From positions 31,831 to 95,830 of the forward strand of contig JBHLPF010000006.1 in assembly GCA_048939765.1 (NCBI GenBank): 64,000 nucleotides of DNA, in the 5' to 3' direction. This stretch comes from Promethearchaeota archaeon (GTDB taxonomy: Archaea; Asgardarchaeota; Thorarchaeia; Thorarchaeales; Thorarchaeaceae). The translations under genes and the position numbers were made by a program. Shown here piece after piece: positions 28,243 to 36,609 of the stretch (position 1 is its first letter; each line of letters opens with the position of its first letter). Under the pieces are notes generated by a model that did no database searches, was not told the origin of the DNA, and saw nothing but the letters and a program-made list of their open reading frames with translations.

Positions 28243-28911
28243 ATGTATTCGTTTGAGAGCATTGAGATCAAGGGATATGATGGAAAGCAGATACCCAATA
28301 CCTATCTCAAACTCAAAGGATTCAGTGATAAACTGGCTCTGGTCTTCCCTGGACGAGGTTATTCATCGCAAGGCCCACTACTTCACTACACAATCAACCT
28401 CTTGCTTGAGAATCGAGTTAGTGTGCTCAGTGTTGACTATGCCTATTGGAATAATCAGGAGTTCAATAGTCTAGAATGGGAGGACAGGGAGAGGTGGCTC
28501 TACACGGATGTTGAGGAGGCTTACAAGGCTGCTGTAGATCATATAGATGCTGAAGTCAGAGTCCTTGTGGGGAAGTCTCTTGGCACTCTTGCCATTGGAC
28601 GCCTTCTCGATACATTCTCTGAAACCAGAAGATGCGGAGTGATATGGCATACTCCACTCATCAAGATGCCACATCTTGTGACGCAGATTACTAGGCACCA
28701 CCCCAATTCCGTATTCGTCATTGGCACATCCGACCCCCATTATGACAAGGAAATCCTCGAACAGGTGAAGAGTGCAACAGGCGGAAGTCTAGTTGTTGTT
28801 GATAATGCAAATCATAGTATGGAAGTGCCAGGAGGCGTCACGGAGTCCCTAGATGTGATGAATGAGATTATCGAAGGCATCCGACAATTCATGTGGCCAG
28901 TTGAAAAGTAG
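28243..28911 (+). CDS. alpha/beta hydrolase
   Basis: FPGRGY, GKSLG nucleophile elbow, GTSDP, ANHSME. Confidence 0.85.
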   Translation: MYSFESIEIKGYDGKQIPNTYLKLKGFSDKLALVFPGRGYSSQGPLLHYTINLLLENRVSVLSVDYAYWNNQEFNSLEWEDRERWLYTDVEEAYKAAVDHIDAEVRVLVGKSLGTLAIGRLLDTFSETRRCGVIWHTPLIKMPHLVTQITRHHPNSVFVIGTSDPHYDKEILEQVKSATGGSLVVVDNANHSMEVPGGVTESLDVMNEIIEGIRQFMWPVEK

Positions 28912-28918
28912 ACATAGC

Positions 28919-30241
28919 CTAGGGCTTTCTTAGAACTAGGACCCATTCTCCGTCCATGCGTTCCTTTCGCGGAATCTTGATGAAATGGCGGATTACTCCT
29001 GAGAAGAACGTCTTCTCAATCCTGAAACCCACCTCCTCAGCAGTTGCAATCTCTGTCAGTATCTTATGAGATTCAACTACATTGCCTCGAATTACGTTGT
29101 TGCCAATAGCCAGACAATAATGACCCCCAGGACGAAGTACGCGAAATGTTTCTTTGAGCTGCTCTTTCATGTCCTCAAAGAACTTGAAGACGATGTAAGA
29201 CCGGCGCGGGTCCACTGTGTATATCTTCATGAGAATTGGGTCAAGTGAATGAAGTCCAGACACTCCAAGTTCATCATACTCCTCTTTATAGACGGTTTCC
29301 GTCCCAATGTACTTCCGCTTCATGTTTGAAAGAGGGCCTTCCTCATGAAGGCCGAGCCAATACATCTCCAGCTGGTGAGTTCGAGGGTAGTCAACTGCAT
29401 TGATGTAGGGAGGAGAGGTGACAGCCAAGTCTACAGATTCGGGTTCCAACCCCGTAGATATGGCATTAGACTCTGGTAGGACTGGTTCCTCAAGATCCCA
29501 ATCTCTTGTGATTGCGAAGAGGGCATGCATTCCCTTCAATTGTTGCTCCAGTGTTTCACGAAACTTCTCTGACGTTTCTCCATGCTCGATCCACTTTTGC
29601 AGGTTCTGCCGTATCACAGTTCGTGTACAGTGAGGGTCAGCATTTGATACGTCTCTTATTATCGAAGAGAAGACTACCATGAAGAAATCATAGACAGCAG
29701 CTGCTAAATTTGAAGGGAGCACTGCCGCCAATGGGGACTCTCTGAATTGGTGAATTGCATCCCTGATAACACCGAGTTCATGAAGCACATAGTCACGGAA
29801 CCAGTTATCTCTATAGTTGAACTCGGGAATCTCAGGACAATATCTTGAATCAGACTGGTGTTGCATTAGCCGACCCAAGAGCCAATCTCGAGCCTCTTCT
29901 AGTACCGAAGTGTCAATTGGAGTTGTCTTTACTTTGGTGATAAGTCTTGCAATTGGATCTATGTCAATCCCAACCGCGGCACGACTCCTTAGATACGCCT
30001 CCAGAACAACAGTTCCACTGCCGCACATCGGGTCTAATACCGTCGCACCCTTCTTTGAGTAGTGGTCAATTAGATAGCGTGGCAATTCGGGAAAAAACTT
30101 AGCAGGAAACTTGTGAATGCCATGTGTTAGGTAGGACTGATCTTTGCTATAGATGAGAATACTAGCCCCGTTTGGAATCTCGATGCTTCCTTCAATATCG
30201 CCTGAGTACTCCAAGATTCCTGATGTGATCTCAGTGTTCAT
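28919..30241 (-). CDS. DNA amino-methyltransferase (N4-C/N6-A; SPPY type), orphan
   Basis: THGIHKFPAKFFP, LDPMCGSGT, TSPPY, RVLRPGG. No nuclease gene adjacent. Confidence 0.85.
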   Translation of the reverse strand: MNTEITSGILEYSGDIEGSIEIPNGASILIYSKDQSYLTHGIHKFPAKFFPELPRYLIDHYSKKGATVLDPMCGSGTVVLEAYLRSRAAVGIDIDPIARLITKVKTTPIDTSVLEEARDWLLGRLMQHQSDSRYCPEIPEFNYRDNWFRDYVLHELGVIRDAIHQFRESPLAAVLPSNLAAAVYDFFMVVFSSIIRDVSNADPHCTRTVIRQNLQKWIEHGETSEKFRETLEQQLKGMHALFAITRDWDLEEPVLPESNAISTGLEPESVDLAVTSPPYINAVDYPRTHQLEMYWLGLHEEGPLSNMKRKYIGTETVYKEEYDELGVSGLHSLDPILMKIYTVDPRRSYIVFKFFEDMKEQLKETFRVLRPGGHYCLAIGNNVIRGNVVESHKILTEIATAEEVGFRIEKTFFSGVIRHFIKIPRKERMDGEWVLVLRKP

Positions 30242-30614
30242 TTCACCTTCTTCTCCAGGCGCTTCAACCATAGAGCAACACACTCTGATAACAGGAGTAG
30301 AAATTCATGCCAGTTCATACCATATTAAGGTAATCAGATATATCGCATAGGCAGATTAGTACATATAGCGAATTATGAGAGGAGGGCTGGCGTGTGTGGG
30401 TAGTAAAAACGACTCATCCGGTTAGATTAAATAGAAGCTCCGAAAGGAACAGAGTCATTCGTAATCAGTTGGAGTGAAGCAATGCTGGGTGAATTCAGGG
30501 CATGCACCCTATAGCTGCCATCATGATAAAGAATCAATAATCAATGACTGCTATTCACACAGCAGAACTGAGCTTCTACATGAATTGCGGAGAGAGATAA
30601 AGGAGCTATTTTCA

Positions 30615-30944
30615 ATGGCAGATCTAAAGAAGATTGGGGACCTTCTGGTTCTCCTAGGTGCACTTCTAGGATTACTCCAAGGAATTCTTATGATTATAGG
30701 AACTCCATTTGGATTCGTCAACCTGCTTGCAGGCTTTCTTGACGCCTGGATTTTGGGTGTTCTAGCAATCCTCTTTTCACTGATAGCTTTGGTGAACAGT
30801 GGATTCCTCAAAATCAGTGCACTCGACTTCGGAAAGACAAACAAATTCATCGTGGTTCTAATCATTGGAATCCTGATGATTCTGTTCACTAGCGACCTAG
30901 GTGGCATTCTAGTCATTCTGGGTGCAATTCTCTGGCTTCTATAG
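30615..30944 (+). CDS. small 4-TM membrane protein (paralog of 33722-34051)
   Basis: MADLKKIGDLLVLLGALLG...GGILVILGAILWLL; AGGAG SD-like sequence upstream. Confidence 0.8.
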   Translation: MADLKKIGDLLVLLGALLGLLQGILMIIGTPFGFVNLLAGFLDAWILGVLAILFSLIALVNSGFLKISALDFGKTNKFIVVLIIGILMILFTSDLGGILVILGAILWLL

Positions 30945-30953
30945 ACAGATGAT

Positions 30954-31003
30954 GCTCATCTCCAGGTCCTGAAGTCTGGAGATGAGTCTTCTTTCTTTTT
31001 CTT
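30954..31003 (+). terminator. hairpin plus T-tract terminator
   Basis: CTCATCTCCAG-N10-CTGGAGATGAG followed by TCTTCTTTCTTTTTCTT. Confidence 0.65.
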
Positions 31004-31013
31004 GGTCAAACCA

Positions 31014-32363
31014 TTAAACCGATTCTTTGATCGCCTTCTCAAGTCGATTTACAGCATCGTCAATGTTTTCCTCAGTTATGACGTAGCTAGGCGTGAAACG
31101 GATGACATTTTGACCGCAGCCCAATGCCCACAACCTCTGTTTCTGGACCAAGTTCTTGAGAAGCTTGTCACGGAGCTTTGGAGCCTTCTCCTTCGACTTC
31201 TTGTCCTTCACAAACTCAATGCCAGCCATTAGTCCAATACCACGGGCATCACCTGCTACATCATACTTCTCGACAAGCTCCTTTAGTCGATTCAGGAGAT
31301 ATGCCCCTTTCTCCGCGTTCTTCCTCAGATACTCACCGTCTTCGATGTGTTTCAGTATCCAGAGGGATAGAAGGGACATCTTAGGTTCAGCTGAGAAGGT
31401 TTCAGAGTGTCTAGCGCTTTCACTATACATGGGGACAGGGCCGATTGAGGCACCCATGGGATAACCTCCACCCAACGACTTGGCCATCGAAATGAAATCA
31501 GGAACTACACCGTGATTCTCGACTGCACACCACTTCCCAGTCCTAGCCATTCCTGCTTGAACCTCATCAGACATGAAATATGCACCAACTTCCTTCGTAA
31601 CTTCATACATCCCTTTGACTGCCTTTGCTGGGGGAACGATGAGACCTCCCTCTCCCGCTATCGGCTCCATGATGGTTGCTGCAATGTCATTCCCCTCGAC
31701 TTGAAGTGCATACCGAAGAGCTTCTACACATTCTAGGTTGCAGTCTTCTTCTTCTTGACCATAAGGACAGCGATAACAGTATGGATAGAAAACTCGAATT
31801 ACATCTACTCCCTGGGGGAATCCCGACTTGTGCTTAGAGTTGGTTGCTGTCAGTGCTAGAGCATAGCCGGTTCGACCATGAAAGGCTGGTCTGAAGGCGA
31901 CAAATCTTCGTTTCCCGGAAAGGTCCATAGCCGACTTCATGCATCCCTCAACCGCACGACCTCCGGATGTGGTAAATGCAACACGCTTCTTGTGGTCGCC
32001 AGGAGTGATTTTAGCTATTTTTTCTGCTAGAAGCGTCTGAGGAATTGCATCGAAGTCAGAACCTGGAAGCTCATGTACAACATCCATAATGCGCGTCTGA
32101 AAGTCCAGATAGGGCTTGTACCTCAAACCGAACGCACGCACAGCAACTCCTCCCGTCACGTCTAGGTACTCTGTACCCTCAATATCATACATTTGCACTC
32201 CGTTTCCCACAGTGTGGTCAAGACAACCATACACATCTCTATCTTGAGTAAGAAGAGCTAACGCATCCGCTCCTCTCTTCTTCCAATAGTCATTCGTCAT
32301 TTTGGCGGATTCGATATCTTCGAAACCAAGTTCTTTGAGAATTCCGATATGCTTCTCATCCAT
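31014..32363 (-). CDS. class III PLP aminotransferase (GabT/ArgD-like)
   Basis: YLDVTGG, FHGRT, EPIAGEGG, DEVQAGMARTG, MAKSLGGG, RGIGLM. Confidence 0.92.
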   Translation of the reverse strand: MDEKHIGILKELGFEDIESAKMTNDYWKKRGADALALLTQDRDVYGCLDHTVGNGVQMYDIEGTEYLDVTGGVAVRAFGLRYKPYLDFQTRIMDVVHELPGSDFDAIPQTLLAEKIAKITPGDHKKRVAFTTSGGRAVEGCMKSAMDLSGKRRFVAFRPAFHGRTGYALALTATNSKHKSGFPQGVDVIRVFYPYCYRCPYGQEEEDCNLECVEALRYALQVEGNDIAATIMEPIAGEGGLIVPPAKAVKGMYEVTKEVGAYFMSDEVQAGMARTGKWCAVENHGVVPDFISMAKSLGGGYPMGASIGPVPMYSESARHSETFSAEPKMSLLSLWILKHIEDGEYLRKNAEKGAYLLNRLKELVEKYDVAGDARGIGLMAGIEFVKDKKSKEKAPKLRDKLLKNLVQKQRLWALGCGQNVIRFTPSYVITEENIDDAVNRLEKAIKESV

Positions 32364-32411
32364 AATGTTTCACTTCCAAGGAGGGACAAGGCCGCACGGC
32401 GTATCACCCCA

Positions 32412-33566
32412 TTATCTAATTTGCGGATTGTGCTTTTCATCGTCAAAAGCGCGTGCAATGTCAAGGTAAACATCTACTGACTTCAAGAGTTCATCAATCT
32501 CTATGTATTCATTGGGTTGATGGGCTTGAGCAATCGAGCCAGGACCATAAATTATGTTGGAGATCCCGACTCTATTTTGAAGCACTGATGAATCACTTCC
32601 ATATGTGGCTACACCAAGTGTGGGTTGTGATCCCGTCAGACTCTCTATGGCCTTGGATGCAATCTGCGCAATCTTGGAATCGATGGAGGTTATTGTGGTG
32701 TATGAACTATTGAAATTCTCAATCGAGATATCCTCCCCGATACCTGCATCATCTAGGTGTTGCCTCATCAAATCCATAATTGACTCTGGTGTCTGGCCTT
32801 TTACTATGCGCATGTCGATTAGTGCCTCGCAGGATTCAGGTATGACCCCCTGTTGTGTCCCGCCCATTATCCTGCCCAAATTCATAGTATGATTTCCCAA
32901 AAGGGCGTCGGGTTCACTTGGATAATCTCCTTGTGTCAATGTGCGTATGGCTTGAATGCACAAGTCAATGGCATTTATTCCCGTGTCGGGACGGGAGCTA
33001 TGGCCCGTTTTTCCCTTCGCAGTTACTCGCACCCAGACAACTCCCTTCTCTCCCAAGAAGAGCTGCAGGCTTGTTGGTTCTGCGCATACCCCATATTCAA
33101 TGCCCTGCAATATGCCAGAGTCAGCTACTTCTTCAGCTCCAAGTAGGCCATTCTCTTCATTTGAAGTTGCAAGCAGAAGAAGGGGCTCTTTGTGGTTCTC
33201 CCGCTTATACAGAATCATAGTTTCAGCCAAGGCTGCTAGAGGCCCTTTCATATCAGCTGCGCCTCTACCATATAGACGTCCGTTGGCAATTATGCACTCA
33301 AAAGGATCGAAGTCCCATTTCTCTCTTGGACCTGCAGGAACTGTATCCATGTGTCCATGGAGTACGAGTGATCCCATTTCACCTTCATGAGTAGAGAGGA
33401 GAAGGTTTGGTCTATCATCAGAACCTACCTGAGTACAGAGAATACCATGGGGTTCCAAATGTGAACGAAGAACTTCTGCTACTTCTTTCTCTCTTCCAGG
33501 TGGATTCTCGGAGTTTGTGGCAATCAGTTTCTTGGCAAGTGCTAGTACTCTACGACTATTGGTCAT
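32412..33566 (-). CDS. M20 family metallopeptidase (ArgE/DapE-like)
   Basis: HGHMDTVP, GRGAADMKG, NEE, AEPT, GHSS, GPGS..QAHQPNEY. Confidence 0.92.
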   Translation of the reverse strand: MTNSRRVLALAKKLIATNSENPPGREKEVAEVLRSHLEPHGILCTQVGSDDRPNLLLSTHEGEMGSLVLHGHMDTVPAGPREKWDFDPFECIIANGRLYGRGAADMKGPLAALAETMILYKRENHKEPLLLLATSNEENGLLGAEEVADSGILQGIEYGVCAEPTSLQLFLGEKGVVWVRVTAKGKTGHSSRPDTGINAIDLCIQAIRTLTQGDYPSEPDALLGNHTMNLGRIMGGTQQGVIPESCEALIDMRIVKGQTPESIMDLMRQHLDDAGIGEDISIENFNSSYTTITSIDSKIAQIASKAIESLTGSQPTLGVATYGSDSSVLQNRVGISNIIYGPGSIAQAHQPNEYIEIDELLKSVDVYLDIARAFDDEKHNPQIR

Positions 33567-33661
33567 GTAGCATTCAGGCCTCGATCTACTCATGGGCACA
33601 ATTGATAGAGTAGGGCTGACTCCCACATTCACTCCAATAAAACGTTTGGGAGCAGACAACA

Positions 33662-33701
33662 GGAAAAATGAGAGTGGATGGCGGCTTTTGCGTCCGCCAT
33701 C
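33662..33701 (-). terminator. hairpin plus T-tract terminator
   Basis: GATGGCGG-N9-CCGCCATC (33677-33701), followed on the minus strand by a short T run (CATTTTTCC). Confidence 0.55.
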
Positions 33702-33721
33702 TCAAGACTGAAGTCAGACTT

Positions 33722-34051
33722 CTATTTGACGACGTATAGAATAGCTCCAATTATGACAAGTAGAGCACCAATGCCACCGCGAAACAGCAGCATGAGAATA
33801 CCGAATATCAACAATACGAACCAGTTGTTGTCAAACTTTAATGCTGGAATGTTCAGAACTCCGCTAGTGGCAAGGACTATCAGCGAAAGCAGGATTAGGA
33901 TTATTCCCTCGACAAGGTAACCCAGAATGCCGATGCCCCAAATCCCGATGCCAAAAGTCCCAAGGTTCAGTGCTTGTGAAATACCGAGTATTAGACCGAC
34001 TATTCCACCCAGGAGTACAAGCAGCTCACCAAATTCCTTCAAGTTAGCCAT
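33722..34051 (-). CDS. small 4-TM membrane protein (paralog of 30615-30944)
   Basis: MANLKEFGELLVLLGGIVG...GALLVIIGAILYVVK. Confidence 0.8.
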   Translation of the reverse strand: MANLKEFGELLVLLGGIVGLILGISQALNLGTFGIGIWGIGILGYLVEGIILILLSLIVLATSGVLNIPALKFDNNWFVLLIFGILMLLFRGGIGALLVIIGAILYVVK

Positions 34052-34070
34052 TGTCAATTATCTCCATTGC

Positions 34071-34439
34071 CTAGCTCCTAGCAATTAACAGGATTCCTGC
34101 AATCAGAATCATCAGACCAGCAAGTGTTCCTACGTTCATCAGCCAACCGATTATGTTGAAGCTGAGATCTCGAAGAACCACTACAATGGCGATGAAACCG
34201 AATATGGCTAGAGCAGTACCGCTCTTTGCGACTTTCCAATGAATATATCCACTGGCGTCAACTGCTAGAATTGCGATTAGTATGAGCAAAATCGCCAATA
34301 GCACATCCACAACTGCGTCAAGATTACCTCCAGAAGCAGCGTTTATTGAACTAATTAGCATCTGAATTGCATACACCAGTAGAACTAGCGTGCCAAGAAG
34401 CGTATACCCTTGCGCAGCGCCTTCGGCTTTACATCCCAT
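34071..34439 (-). CDS. small 4-TM membrane protein
   Basis: Four hydrophobic segments; SGYI and AGLMILIAGILL resemble the two paralogs. Confidence 0.7.
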   Translation of the reverse strand: MGCKAEGAAQGYTLLGTLVLLVYAIQMLISSINAASGGNLDAVVDVLLAILLILIAILAVDASGYIHWKVAKSGTALAIFGFIAIVVVLRDLSFNIIGWLMNVGTLAGLMILIAGILLIARS

Positions 34440-34621
34440 GTTATCAAGACCTCATTCATTTTTGTCGATGGGCATGACTATGCAATTCCCGCCTACATCG
34501 ACTGATTTGCGCCATGATGCACCCAAGAATAAAGATTACGATTCGAAGAACAGTGGGTACGGTGGTAATACATAGGATTGTATTCGATGAGTGACCTCCA
34601 GATTATAGCAGATGAATTGGG

Positions 34622-35464
34622 GTGACTATCACGAGATATCCTAACCGTGAAGACGACCGAAATGTTGAACGTCCAGTGCGATTAGATAAGACCGAAGGAC
34701 ATGTTGTGATTGAGGGGAGAGCTTATCCAGCAAGAGAAATTGTGGAGGCACTTGCACAGAGCGGGTATGCTGAACTACGCGCCAGCGGAGACTCCCTTGT
34801 TCTTGGTAGGCGCAGAATAACGCCCATCTTCAAATCGCGGCAGGACAGGGCAATGGCCTCCTTGTGCCATGCAAGTCTTTCCTTCTGCTGTCCGATGTCG
34901 AAAAGGTGTGCTGAGAGAGATAGAGCACTCGAAATGCTTGGACTCACCCCAGATGAATATGAACGATTGAAAAGCGATTCTCACATCAGATTCATCGAAT
35001 CCGCTCGGGGGTACCGGGGTTCTCGCAATGACTATGACGGATATGGTTCAACCCTGGCAAACCGACCTGCGGTTGATAGAGGGTATGGAGGGGACGAATA
35101 TCGCAGAGATTTCGATACACTAGATCAATCCCTGGAGCCAAGAAGCTATCCTGAGCGAGAAGAAAGCCCGTGGAGTCGCCATGAAACATCTACGCCAATT
35201 GAAACTGCATCATCCTTTGGGGAGCCAGAAAGGTCCGACTCCTATGCGGATCTGAGTAATCTCTTTGGAGATGGTGATGCCACTGGATCAACATGCCGCA
35301 TTCGTCCGGCTGAAGAGAGTGTTGGGTCACTGTTTTCTCAAGGAGAACTTAGTCCATTCAGCGATGGTTCGGAGAGCAGGGAAGATAGAACATTTTGCTT
35401 CTCTTGTGGCAGGACATTTAGAGCTGGCACTAAGGTATGCCCATGGTGTGGTGTGCCTCAATAG
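34622..35464 (+). CDS. Cys-cluster (methanogenesis marker 9-like) protein with disordered linker and C-terminal Zn ribbon
   Basis: CHASLSFCC..SKRC..RD..L..LGLTPDEY..LK; C-terminal FCFSCG...VCPWCG. Confidence 0.6.
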   Translation: MTITRYPNREDDRNVERPVRLDKTEGHVVIEGRAYPAREIVEALAQSGYAELRASGDSLVLGRRRITPIFKSRQDRAMASLCHASLSFCCPMSKRCAERDRALEMLGLTPDEYERLKSDSHIRFIESARGYRGSRNDYDGYGSTLANRPAVDRGYGGDEYRRDFDTLDQSLEPRSYPEREESPWSRHETSTPIETASSFGEPERSDSYADLSNLFGDGDATGSTCRIRPAEESVGSLFSQGELSPFSDGSESREDRTFCFSCGRTFRAGTKVCPWCGVPQ

Positions 35465-35472
35465 AAACCAGA

Positions 35473-36504
35473 CTAGTAATTGCCAATCGCGCTTTCACGT
35501 CGAGTGGAATAATCACTTGGATAACTGAAAGTGGTCACCATACGGTCAATGTTGGCGTCCTTTCCGATTTCCTTTAGCTCACGCAATTGATCAATGTTCG
35601 TCACACCCCAGCGGAAAAGCGACGCGGTTCCACCTCGACGCTGGAATTCGTTTGTATAGTATAGTGATTCGATCAATTCGTCATATTCACTCGAGCCTTT
35701 TGTTGGGAGAATTGGACTCCAAGGATACATATTGATCAAAACATTGCCAGTAATCTCGAGGATACTTGAATAGTCATACCCATACTGAGCTTTGCCTCCC
35801 TCAGAGAAGCCGGTTTCGGGATCAAGCAGTACCTCAACAGAGATTTTGAGCGGATTCTCTCTCCCGACCTTGTCATCCGCATCACGGGCGGCTTCTTGTA
35901 GATATCTCAGACCCTCACTCACTTTACCTGAGCGCCATTCATGCCATTTCGCGTGGAAGTCAGGATTCTCAATGATATAGTCGTACGTGAGGCGAGCTGG
36001 TTCTTGATCCACCATTGGTGCAAATTCATTCCTGCAGCGTTCACAGAAACAGAAATGGTCGCGAATGAAACCGGCACCAAAGACCAAGATTTCGTCGATT
36101 GGATAAGTTGCGAGCTCACCAACTATTTCAGCACCGTACTGCCAAAATTCTTCTCTGTTGGGACAGATCTGGTGTGGCATTGGTTCCCCACGCGGAGACA
36201 CGGTATGATACTTCGGGTCCTTGGCAAACCAGGCATCTGTATAGAAATCCATGCTAGCTACAGTGTGAATATCTAGAGTACTCGTCAAGCTCACAAGGTC
36301 CTCGAAGAGTTGGGTATGTTCCGCATCGACCGGAGCGGTTCTGCTTGGGTAGATAACGCGGCCAGTTGGGCCCTTGCCAACTATGCCGATAGAGTCCATG
36401 TAGGAAGCGTAAGTGGAAACGAAGTCCTTAGCAGACATGTCGATGTCAGATGGCCTCAAAAGAATGAGGAGCTTCTGCATGAAGAATTCCCTGAAGTTTG
36501 GCAT
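35473..36504 (-). CDS. glycoside-hydrolase-like TIM barrel protein (GHL10/DUF187-like)
   Basis: GK...G.VIYPS, ICPN, ELATYPIDEI, CFCERC Zn motif, W..WR. Confidence 0.6.
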   Translation of the reverse strand: MPNFREFFMQKLLILLRPSDIDMSAKDFVSTYASYMDSIGIVGKGPTGRVIYPSRTAPVDAEHTQLFEDLVSLTSTLDIHTVASMDFYTDAWFAKDPKYHTVSPRGEPMPHQICPNREEFWQYGAEIVGELATYPIDEILVFGAGFIRDHFCFCERCRNEFAPMVDQEPARLTYDYIIENPDFHAKWHEWRSGKVSEGLRYLQEAARDADDKVGRENPLKISVEVLLDPETGFSEGGKAQYGYDYSSILEITGNVLINMYPWSPILPTKGSSEYDELIESLYYTNEFQRRGGTASLFRWGVTNIDQLRELKEIGKDANIDRMVTTFSYPSDYSTRRESAIGNY

Positions 36505-36609
36505 CTTTATAACTCCGCTAGCGTTGGTCAGTCTGCAGATTCCCTTTAGCGTTTGTTGCTTGTGTATGCTTTAAGAGTTTCTTCGATTGGACCCCCACCC
36601 TTTAAGTTT

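Noticed and set aside
30945-30990. ATGA followed by an 11-12 bp stem, considered as a eukaryote-like SECIS
   Set aside because: There is no matching GA on the 3' side to form the kink-turn quartet, and no in-frame TGA selenoprotein candidate nearby. A T-tract follows, so a terminator is more likely.
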